A stretch of 64,000 nucleotides of DNA from positions 56,253 through 120,252 of the forward strand of contig CANQHA010000006.1 in NCBI GenBank assembly GCA_947623585.1, read 5' to 3'. The notes beneath the pieces were generated by a model that saw only the letters and a program-made list of their open reading frames with translations, ran no database searches and was not told the origin of the DNA. How positions within the stretch are numbered: position 1 is the stretch's first letter; every line of letters begins with the position of its first letter. The DNA comes from an uncultured Clostridia bacterium. Its GTDB lineage: Bacteria; Bacillota; Clostridia; Oscillospirales; Ruminococcaceae. Both the position numbers and the translations under genes were made by a program. Below are positions 11,373 through 19,053 of this stretch, in pieces.

Positions 11373-11389
11373 TTCGGTTCCTCCTTCCA

Positions 11390-12025
11390 CTAAGCCTTCT
11401 TGACGCTGTCGCGCACGGTCACGATTCCGTTGCGGGGACCGGGAATTGCGCCTTTGACAGCGATAAGATTGTTTTCTGCGTCGACCCTGACGACCTCGAG
11501 GTTCTGAACGGTTACCTTCTCGGCTCCGAGGTGTCCCGGCATTCCCTTGCCCTTGAAGATTCTCGAAGGCGAGGAGCAGGCGCCCATTGAACCGGCGTGG
11601 CGGTGAACGGGTCCGGTGCCGTGGGTCTCTTTAAGTCTGTGATTGTTCCAGCGCTTGATAGTGCCGGCGAATCCTTTACCTTTGCTGATTCCGCTGACGT
11701 CAACGATGTCGCCCTCGGCGAAAACGTCCGCCTTGACGATGTCGCCGACGTTAAGAGAAGCGGTGTCGGCAAGTCTGAATTCCTTAAGATGCTTCTTGAG
11801 GGCTACGTCAGCCTTCTTGAAGTGGCCCGTGAGGGGCTTTTTGAGGCTCTTTGCGGTTACGTCTCCAAAACCGAGCTGCACGGCTTCATAGCCGTCGTTT
11901 TCGGCCGTCTTCTTCTGGACGACGACGCAAGGACCAGCCTCGATGACAGATACCGGAATCACTTTTCCGGCTTCGGTGAAGATCTGAGTCATTCCGATCT
12001 TCTTTCCGATGATGCCTTTGTTCAT
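11390..12025 (-). CDS. rplC: 50S ribosomal protein L3
   Basis: [13 protein letters not shown] start. Confidence 0.95.
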   Translation of the reverse strand: MNKGIIGKKIGMTQIFTEAGKVIPVSVIEAGPCVVVQKKTAENDGYEAVQLGFGDVTAKSLKKPLTGHFKKADVALKKHLKEFRLADTASLNVGDIVKADVFAEGDIVDVSGISKGKGFAGTIKRWNNHRLKETHGTGPVHRHAGSMGACSSPSRIFKGKGMPGHLGAEKVTVQNLEVVRVDAENNLIAVKGAIPGPRNGIVTVRDSVKKA

Positions 12026-12125
12026 TTAATTTTCCTCCTATTCGGTTATTGGTCGGTTTTCGGGCCGACATGACCTGTAAGCGCGGTTTTCGCTGAGAAA
12101 CCGGTTTTTCGGTTTCTTTTGAAGA

Positions 12126-12440
12126 TCACTTGATCTCCATTACGATGTCTACGCCGGCAGGAAGCTCAAGATTCTGAAGCGCCGCAGTGGTCTCGTTTGT
12201 CGGGTGAAGAACGTCGATCAGTCTCTTGTGAGTTCTGAGCTCAAACTGCTCGCGGCTGTCCTTATATATAAAGACGGCGCGGAGGATCGTGACGACTTCC
12301 TTCTCGGTCGGCAGCGGAACAGGTCCCGAGACCTTTGCGCCGCTTCTCTTTGCGGCTTCGACGATCTTTGCCGCCGCCGCATCGACATTCGAGTGCTCAT
12401 AGCCTTTGATCTTGATTCTGATTTTTTCATTGACTGCCAT
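12126..12440 (-). CDS. rpsJ: 30S ribosomal protein S10
   Basis: ATG at 12440 ([16 protein letters not shown]...) preceded by AAGGAGG. First gene of the cluster. Confidence 0.95.
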   Translation of the reverse strand: MAVNEKIRIKIKGYEHSNVDAAAAKIVEAAKRSGAKVSGPVPLPTEKEVVTILRAVFIYKDSREQFELRTHKRLIDVLHPTNETTAALQNLELPAGVDIVMEIK

Positions 12441-12538
12441 AAATTCTGCCTCCTTATTTTTAAGTGCTTGGGGGGCTTTCACCTGCTCGCGCAGGTCTTC
12501 TGCGACAAACACGCTTCCGTGTGTTTCCTCATTCTCCC

Positions 12539-12570
12539 ATAAAAAACGCCGAAAAACATCGGTTTTTCGG
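12539..12570 (-). terminator. intrinsic terminator/attenuator hairpin inside the rpsJ leader
   Basis: Minus strand reads CCGAAAAAC-CGAT-GTTTTTCGG followed by CGTTTTTTAT, about 100 nt upstream of the rpsJ ATG. Confidence 0.6.
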
Positions 12571-12764
12571 GAGGACTTGAAATCGCGCTTGATGGGTCTT
12601 CCGGCAGCCCGCCACAGGTTTTCCTGTTCGCAAGATGCAAGGCTCCGGCTTCGCGTCGTTCATCACAGTCGCCCGGTTTGAAATCGGACATACTCGGCTG
12701 AAATTACCTGCTCAAAGCAGCAACCTTCAGCTTCATCGCATATCTTCGCAGTCACGCAAGGTAT

Positions 12765-12794
12765 AATATACCACCGCTGCCGGGCAATAGTCAA
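12765..12794 (-). promoter_or_regulatory. sigma-A type promoter of the S10 cluster (extended -10)
   Basis: Minus strand TTGACT (12794-12789), 18-nt spacer, TGgTATATT (-10 at 12770-12765). Confidence 0.6.
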
Positions 12795-12874
12795 GTTTTT
12801 AATGAAATTAACGGTGGAGAAATTTTGAGAAAATTTCTGCCGAAAATTATGCAAAATGCACAAGCGCACAACTT

Positions 12875-13603
12875 TTAGTTGTCGAGTGACGAGATATCCA
12901 CAACATTTTCCACCCGCTCGACCGAATTGCGGTCGTTTATATATATAGTATAGAGGTAAGAGACGATCTCGCCGTCGATGTTGACGTCGGTGCGCTGGTC
13001 CATGCTGACGAATTCGCCGTCGGAATCGAAGCGATAGCTGACGCTGAAGCCCGCAAGCTCGCCCTCGCCGTCATATTCTCCCAGCTTATGAACGTCATAG
13101 CCGTAATTGACGACGGTGCCGCCGTCGTCGGAGGAGACCGTGCCCGCCGAAGTTACGCCCTTTTTATAGAAAAGTATCATTCCCTCGCCAGCCATGGGAT
13201 AAGGAACGTCGCGGGAATAGGCCGTGAAAGAGAGGTCCGAAGCGTCGAGCGCCGAGACGCTGCCGTTGTCGTTAGTGAACTGCTCGCGACCGTTGTTATA
13301 TTGCGCAAGATAAACGCCCTCGCTCCTGCCGACGTAGGAATAGGTCATCAGGCCCTTTTCGTCGTATTTAAAGACGAATTCCTGCTCGGTCTCGCCGGTG
13401 AAGCCGTTGACGACGCTGACGCGGGCGGAATCGAGAGAGGTATACATTTTTCTCGCGGCAAGAACGAGATCCTCGCCCGGGAGGGGCGAAAGGCTTGCGC
13501 AGCCGAAAAGAACAGCCGCGGCCGCCGCCAAAACGACCGCAAGCCGAAAGTTTGCCCAAAGATTGCGGCGCAGGGTTTTTTCGGGATCGCGAAACCTTTT
13601 CAT
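12875..13603 (-). CDS. hypothetical lipoprotein
   Basis: ATG 13603 after GGAGGA. Signal peptide with lipobox (AVLFGCAS). No recognisable catalytic motif. Confidence 0.6.
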   Translation of the reverse strand: MKRFRDPEKTLRRNLWANFRLAVVLAAAAAVLFGCASLSPLPGEDLVLAARKMYTSLDSARVSVVNGFTGETEQEFVFKYDEKGLMTYSYVGRSEGVYLAQYNNGREQFTNDNGSVSALDASDLSFTAYSRDVPYPMAGEGMILFYKKGVTSAGTVSSDDGGTVVNYGYDVHKLGEYDGEGELAGFSVSYRFDSDGEFVSMDQRTDVNIDGEIVSYLYTIYINDRNSVERVENVVDISSLDN

Positions 13604-13651
13604 CTTTTCCTCCAAACAGCTTCGGCTCCTTTAACGGAGCCGACGTTTTTG

Positions 13652-14170
13652 TTATTTTCTTCTGCCGCGCTTTTTAACGTCCATCGTCTTGAGACCGGAC
13701 ATTCTGTCTTCGCTTGACATTTTAAACCGCGAAAGCATATCCTCAAAGCCGGCGTCGGTAACGGTAGACTTCGGCTCATAGGCATATTGAAGCTCTTCAA
13801 GCGTGGGCTGTTCCTTCTTGACAGGCTTTTTAACAGGGTGGCTGCGCGGTCTCGGCGGCTCGGAATCCTTGTCTTTCCCCATGGCGTCGCCGCTTCTCGG
13901 CTTTGAATACTGAGGCTTGCGGTGAGCCTCGGCGGCGGGCGCCGCCTTTTTTATCGAAAGGCTGATCTTTCCGTCGTCGGCTATGCTTAAAACCTTGACC
14001 TTGACCGTCTGTCCCTCGGTGAGGTGATCCTTGATGTCGCTTACATAGGTCGGCGCGACTTCGGAGATATGCACCATTCCCGATTTTCCTCCGCCCAAAT
14101 CGACGAAAGCGCCGAATTTGAGTATGCCTGTTACTTTTCCCTCTAAAATTTCTCCCACTTCGAGCTGCAT
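13652..14170 (-). CDS. yabR: S1-domain RNA-binding protein (YabR-like)
   Basis: S1 fold motif GKVTGILKFGAFVDLGGGKSGMVHISEV. Synteny yabP-yabQ-divIC-yabR as in Bacillus. Confidence 0.75.
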   Translation of the reverse strand: MQLEVGEILEGKVTGILKFGAFVDLGGGKSGMVHISEVAPTYVSDIKDHLTEGQTVKVKVLSIADDGKISLSIKKAAPAAEAHRKPQYSKPRSGDAMGKDKDSEPPRPRSHPVKKPVKKEQPTLEELQYAYEPKSTVTDAGFEDMLSRFKMSSEDRMSGLKTMDVKKRGRRK

Positions 14171-14218
14171 TTGCTTAAGAATCCTCTTTCTTCATGTCCT
14201 TGCCTGCCGAGTTAAAAC

Positions 14219-14521
14219 TCAGCCTTTCGGCTTTGCGTAAAATCTCCTCTCGCGGGGATACGCATAGCCCAACTTCTCAACGGCGACGGTGAACATATAC
14301 TCCTCCTCGTCGTCGGTATTAAGGATCCTCTGATATTCGTCGTTCTCCTCGCGGGTCTCGTTGATCTCGTCTCTGAGCTTCTCGATCTGAGCGCGCTGCT
14401 CTGCGATATCGGCCTGAGTCTGGATTATGTAACCTACGGAATAGACCAAAAGAAGAACGAATAAGGCGAGCTTGAACAGGTCGGCAAAATGAGACCTGCG
14501 CTTTTTGTTGGGGTTTGCCAT
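14219..14521 (-). CDS. divIC: septum formation initiator family protein (DivIC/FtsB)
   Basis: ATG 14521 after AGGAGGA. N-terminal TM helix followed by a coiled coil (AEQRAQIEKLRDEINETREEN). Confidence 0.75.
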   Translation of the reverse strand: MANPNKKRRSHFADLFKLALFVLLLVYSVGYIIQTQADIAEQRAQIEKLRDEINETREENDEYQRILNTDDEEEYMFTVAVEKLGYAYPRERRFYAKPKG

Positions 14522-14572
14522 CTGCGTCCTCCTTTCCGAAAATACAGAGAATTTCTCCTCATACATCAAGTA

Positions 14573-15043
14573 TTATAGCCTCGGATCGGCTTCAGTGCAA
14601 GGATTTTCGCGAAATTTCTTAGGCGATTTTTGAAAAAACGGCACCCCGCACAAAAGCCCCGCCGCTTTTTTGAGCATTTTAGCTAACAAATCAAAAGGCG
14701 TTTTAGCAATCATTGCCATTTTTGCGAGCAGCCTGCACAAAAGCCTGCCGATGGTGGTAAGATATAAGACAAAGCCTATCGCCATTGCGGCGAGCACAAA
14801 AAGCCTGAGCTGACCCCGGCAAAGCGCGGTGCTGTATGAATAATAAGCCAAGCCGGAGACGAGCATGAAAAGAAGGTCCTCGGCAAAGACCGCCGCGGCG
14901 CAATGCCTGAGCGACATTCTCAGCGCGCGAAAAACGTCGAACAGCGCCCCGAGAACGAAGCCCAAAAGAAGCGCTCCGAAAAACAGTTTAAGCTCAAGCG
15001 AAACGCCGAAAAAATGCAGCGAATAAATTTCGTCGCGGGTCAT
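14573..15043 (-). CDS. yabQ: spore cortex biosynthesis protein YabQ
   Basis: Small multi-TM protein overlapping the yabP stop; typical YabQ N-terminus. Confidence 0.7.
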   Translation of the reverse strand: MTRDEIYSLHFFGVSLELKLFFGALLLGFVLGALFDVFRALRMSLRHCAAAVFAEDLLFMLVSGLAYYSYSTALCRGQLRLFVLAAMAIGFVLYLTTIGRLLCRLLAKMAMIAKTPFDLLAKMLKKAAGLLCGVPFFQKSPKKFRENPCTEADPRL

Positions 15044-15315
15044 CTTGTGAGCCTCCCGAAAAAGCCGGTCTTCTTTTTGCGGTCCTTATCGCCATATACT
15101 ATCGAGCGGATATCTCCGTCGATCTGCATATCTCCGGTATCGACGTTCATCGCGTTGACGTGAAGCGCCTTGCCGCGAATCACCATCTCTCCGAGGGTCG
15201 TATAAAGCGAGATCTCGTTTTCGTCGAAGCTGTCAACGTCGGTAACCCCCGAAAGCTCGAGGTTTGCACGGTCCTGCAATATCGCGCTGTGATGCGCTGT
15301 CATCTGTTCACTCAT
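15040..15315 (-). CDS. yabP: sporulation protein YabP
   Basis: 91 aa; LELSGVTDVDSFDENEI...IRGKALHV pattern typical of YabP. Confidence 0.8.
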   Translation of the reverse strand: MSEQMTAHHSAILQDRANLELSGVTDVDSFDENEISLYTTLGEMVIRGKALHVNAMNVDTGDMQIDGDIRSIVYGDKDRKKKTGFFGRLTR

Positions 15316-15430
15316 GGCGAAGCTCCTTTGATGTTTTGCTAAAGAATATGCAAAAATTCGGGGATAAAGAAGCGGGAGCGTTCAAAGACGGGCAGATTTT
15401 CGAGGAGGCGCCCGGCGAATAATTCGCTTT

Positions 15431-15568
15431 TTTAGGGGACGCCCTCTCTTGATGCTCGCTACTTTTTGAGGAAGGTTGCTTTTTGTTTGCCTCGCTTGCC
15501 GCTCGGCAAATAGGGGAACCCCCGGCGAGCAATATAGCGCCGCTATGTTTAGGGGACGCCCTCTCTTG
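15431..15568. repeat. 21-nt exact direct repeat TTTAGGGGACGCCCTCTCTTG (15431-15451 and 15548-15568) within a multi-hairpin intergenic region
   Basis: Read directly. The second copy forms a hairpin with CAGGGCGTCCCCT (to 15581). The first copy lacks the 3' arm. Confidence 0.8.
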
Positions 15569-15789
15569 CAGGGCGTCCCCTCTTAAAAAAACAATCCACC
15601 GGATTGTTTTTTAATTCACCCCTTGCGGAGCGCACTCCGTAAATTTTTCCGCTGCCCAAGGGCAGCGGTGAGGGGCTTCGCCCCCTCAACCCCTGACAAG
15701 CCTTTTGTAAAAGGCTTGAGCGAAAACTTTTAAATCATGCAAAATGCCGCCCCGATGATATCGAGGCGGCAAAAATCATTGTTCCGCGA

Positions 15790-17217
15790 TCAGCTTTCAA
15801 GCTCGGAGGCGAGCTGAGCGTTGAGCTCGTCAAGCGCGGCCTGAAGCGCGTCCTTGTTGGCTTCTTTAAGCTCGGCCCATGTGCTTGGGCTCTCCAAATT
15901 GTCGAATCCGACAAGGTTTCCGACATAGCCGCTGACGTTTCCGAGGTTGCTGTATTGCACCAAAGTGTTGTGCGAGTGTGCAATATCATAAAGATTGTTC
16001 CACATATCGAGCATCTCGTCGGTCCAGTGCAGCTTCTCGATCTTTTGTCTCTCGTCAACTCTGATGACGGTAGGATCCATGATCTTGAATCTCTCGCAGG
16101 CGGCCAAAAGCGCGACTGCCTCGGGGTGTTCGGCTCCCTTAACGAGCAGATAGCCCTTCGGAATGGCGTCTACATAATATTCGCCGTCGCCGTTCGGGTC
16201 TCTCGGAACGGGGCAGATCATAACTTCGGTCTCGAAGTCTCCATAAATCGCCGCGCCGTCCTCATAAGAAACGATCTCATCAAGAGAATATGCCGGAGCA
16301 AGTCCGAACAGGACCATGCCCTCTTTCATTCCGCCGTGCTCGTTGCCGTAATAAGGAGTCCAGTCGTGCCAGATCGGATAGTAGAAATCGTTTTTGCTGA
16401 AATCGGCAAGAACCGAAACTGCGCGCTCGATCCTCGGGTCGTCGATTTTCGAGATGAACTTTCCGGTCTCGGTGTCAAGCTCGACGAGATAGATGCCGGT
16501 CGAGCTGAGGAAGGAATCATCGGTATGCCAACCGTTAAAGGCATAGCGTCCGTCGTCGGGGTCGCAGAAGTCGGCGCACATCTCATACATAACGTCCCAA
16601 GTCCACTGGTCGTTATAGTAAAGCTCGGCGGGGTCGTCGAAGCCGTACTCGGTGAATACCCGGCGGTTATAAAGAACAAGGCTGTTGTTCTGAATATCGG
16701 TGAGGAACATATAGTGATGTCCTCCGATCGAGAAATAGGTCTCGGAGAAGTGCTTCATATCTCCCCAAAGCGGGTCGTCATAGTCTATGTAATCATCGAC
16801 GGGCGCATAAAGCTGATTTATGAAGCTGGTGGGGAACTCGCTCTCCCAAGCCTTGGTGAAGTCGGGCGAGTTGTTCGTCAGAACAAGCTGGGCAAGGTCG
16901 GTCCTCAGGGTCTCCCAAGTGGTCTCGATCCATTCGACGTTGCCGTTGTATTTATTCTGGAAGGTCCAATATCCGGTCTGAACGATCTCGTCCTCCGAAT
17001 AGTTGTGGAAGTCGTCGTAATAGTAGAAGTATGTGATAGTCTGATTCGCGCCGGCCGCCTCGCTGATATCGGGCAGGTTGATTCCCGCGGCCGCCATTAT
17101 CGCAGCGGCGTCTTCGGTCGAAAGCGTGAGCTGAATGGGCTCTCTCTTGCTGCCGCCGCAGCCTACGAGCGCTATCACGAACACGAAGGCAAGAAACAGC
17201 GCCAATAATTTTTTCAT
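15790..17217 (-). CDS. extracellular solute-binding (family 1-like) lipoprotein, paralog 1
   Basis: Lipobox LVGCGG. SBP-like pattern YNRRVF..GFDDPAELY..DQWTWD. Own promoter and terminator. Confidence 0.7.
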   Translation of the reverse strand: MKKLLALFLAFVFVIALVGCGGSKREPIQLTLSTEDAAAIMAAAGINLPDISEAAGANQTITYFYYYDDFHNYSEDEIVQTGYWTFQNKYNGNVEWIETTWETLRTDLAQLVLTNNSPDFTKAWESEFPTSFINQLYAPVDDYIDYDDPLWGDMKHFSETYFSIGGHHYMFLTDIQNNSLVLYNRRVFTEYGFDDPAELYYNDQWTWDVMYEMCADFCDPDDGRYAFNGWHTDDSFLSSTGIYLVELDTETGKFISKIDDPRIERAVSVLADFSKNDFYYPIWHDWTPYYGNEHGGMKEGMVLFGLAPAYSLDEIVSYEDGAAIYGDFETEVMICPVPRDPNGDGEYYVDAIPKGYLLVKGAEHPEAVALLAACERFKIMDPTVIRVDERQKIEKLHWTDEMLDMWNNLYDIAHSHNTLVQYSNLGNVSGYVGNLVGFDNLESPSTWAELKEANKDALQAALDELNAQLASELES

Positions 17218-17344
17218 GTTATTGCTCCTTTCCGGGTTTTCGTGAGATACTTTTTATCAATTCTCACATAACAATTATACAACCGTTAAGTTAAATTTAC
17301 AATTGACAAAGACTACAAACAACCCGCTTTGAAAATGTGCAGTA

Positions 17345-17377
17345 TAGACAAAGCGGGCGGTATCAAATACCGCCCGC
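17345..17377 (-). terminator. terminator after paralog 2
   Basis: GCGGGCGGTAT-ttg-ATACCGCCCGC (minus strand) followed by TTTGTCT. Confidence 0.6.
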
Positions 17378-17399
17378 AAAAGCCTTTCAATTTGTCTTA

Positions 17400-18854
17400 T
17401 CAGGACTCTCCGCTCTCATAGGATCTGACTTCTTCGTTGAACTCGTCGATATAGTGCTGAAGCGTATCGGCGTGATTCTCCTTGACCTGAGACCAAGAGG
17501 ATTCGGTCGCGGCGCGTCCGAGGTTGTTGAAGTAAGAAAGCTCGTCCGAGATCTGAGGCCCGAGGCCGGCGCCATAGTTGAGAAGCGCGCAGTCGCCGCT
17601 GTTGGCAAGCTCGTGAACGGTGTCGTACATATCGAGCATTTCCTGAGTCCAGAGATAGGTGTGCTCAAGCTGATAGCGGTCGATGGTAACGACGGTCGGG
17701 TCGAGGATCTTGAAGCGGTCGCAGGAAGCGAACAGCGCTGCTCCCTCGGGGTTTGAGGCTCCCTTTACGAGGCAATAGCCGTTTGTTTTGGTGGTGACGT
17801 AATATTTTCCGTCGCCGTCAGAATCGCGGGGGATAGGAACGAACATGACTTCGTTGTTCTCCATGTCGCCCCAGCGCTGAGCCATTCCCTCGACGGTATC
17901 CTGAAGTCCCCATACGCCGACGACGAAGAACAGTGTGAGACCGTCCTTAACGCCGACGCCTTGGATCTCTTCGCCGCCGCGGAGGGTCCAGTTGTTGTTC
18001 CAAACGGGGAAGATGCACTCGTTTCTCTTCATCTCGTTGACGACGTTTGCGGCTCTTTCAAGGCCGGGGTTATCGACGTTGGACTCGAAAAGCCCGGTGT
18101 CGGTATTATAGGCGACTATCGGAACGCCGCTCATATCCATCAGCGCGACGTCATAGTACCAGCCGTCAACGGCATAGCGCTCTTCGTCGGGGTCTGAGAA
18201 GTCAAGGCACATTTCAAGCCAAACGTCGCTCGTCCACTTGTCGTCATAGAAGAGTTCTGCGGGATCGTCGAATCCCCACTCGTCCATAACTCTGCGGTTA
18301 TAGCCGACGACATACTCGGGCTCGAGGTTATAGACCATCATATAGTGCTTGCCGCCGATTTGGAAGTATGTATCGGCAAAGTCCTTCATCTCAAGCCAAA
18401 GAGGGTCGCTGTAATCAATGTAGTCATCGACCGGAGCGAACATCTCGCTTCCGACGGCATAGAACGGGAAGGTCTCGGTGTCGCCGGGATAGAGGTCGGG
18501 CGCGGTGTTTCCGATGAGAAGAGTTGCAAGCCTTGTGAATCTCTCGTCCCATGTGCACTCGATCCATTCGAGCTCGCAGCCGTATTTTTCTCTGAATGTG
18601 AAGAAACCGGTGTTGACGACTTCGCCCTCGTCATAGTTGTGGAAATAGTCGTACCACGCATACCACTGAACGGTCGAGCCCGCCGCGGCAGTCTCGCTGA
18701 CATCGGGCAGATGAACGCCGGCAGCCGCAAGTATCTTGGCGGCGTCTTCGGTCGAAAGCGTAAGTTCAATGGGCTCTCTCTTGCTGCCGCCGCAACCGAC
18801 GAGCGCAACAACAAGGAGCAACACAAGAACCGTTGCGAAAATTCTTTTTGCCAT
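17400..18854 (-). CDS. extracellular solute-binding (family 1-like) lipoprotein, paralog 2
   Basis: Same architecture and colinear similarity to 15790..17217 and 19054..20571. Confidence 0.7.
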   Translation of the reverse strand: MAKRIFATVLVLLLVVALVGCGGSKREPIELTLSTEDAAKILAAAGVHLPDVSETAAAGSTVQWYAWYDYFHNYDEGEVVNTGFFTFREKYGCELEWIECTWDERFTRLATLLIGNTAPDLYPGDTETFPFYAVGSEMFAPVDDYIDYSDPLWLEMKDFADTYFQIGGKHYMMVYNLEPEYVVGYNRRVMDEWGFDDPAELFYDDKWTSDVWLEMCLDFSDPDEERYAVDGWYYDVALMDMSGVPIVAYNTDTGLFESNVDNPGLERAANVVNEMKRNECIFPVWNNNWTLRGGEEIQGVGVKDGLTLFFVVGVWGLQDTVEGMAQRWGDMENNEVMFVPIPRDSDGDGKYYVTTKTNGYCLVKGASNPEGAALFASCDRFKILDPTVVTIDRYQLEHTYLWTQEMLDMYDTVHELANSGDCALLNYGAGLGPQISDELSYFNNLGRAATESSWSQVKENHADTLQHYIDEFNEEVRSYESGES

Positions 18855-18992
18855 TTATTAAATGCCTCCTCGCAAATAACTGTATATTTATTTTAGCACA
18901 GCGCCGCGATTCGTTCAACTGACGGTTAAGACAAAACTTTGCGCAAAAATTATACATTCCGCACAAAGAGTTGATTTATTGTCGGATAAAAA

Positions 18993-19024
18993 TTTACAAA
19001 AAAGCGGAGAGTTGTCCTCTCCGC
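18993..19024 (-). terminator. terminator after paralog 3
   Basis: GCGGAGAG-gacaa-CTCTCCGC (minus strand) followed by a T-run. Confidence 0.65.
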
Positions 19025-19053
19025 CTTTTATTATTATAGGTTGCGCCGAGGGT

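Noticed and set aside
12549-12562. 14-nt identity CCGAAAAACCGATG (minus strand) shared by the rpsJ leader terminator and the XRE-regulator promoter spacer (37240-37253)
   Set aside because: A rough estimate for a 64-kb window predicts several chance 14-mer repeats, and there is no extended similarity on either side.
13088-13717. 209-aa plus-strand ORF opposite the 12875-13603 lipoprotein gene
   Set aside because: The minus-strand frame has a clean RBS, signal peptide and lipobox. The plus-strand frame is Arg/Gly/Ala-rich with no start context.
15316-15789. Possible CRISPR-like array, because of repeated GC palindromes (also at 24.9-25.6 kb and 33.9 kb)
   Set aside because: There is no regularly spaced identical repeat unit with unique spacers. 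The repeats are heterogeneous hairpins, and no cas genes are in the window.
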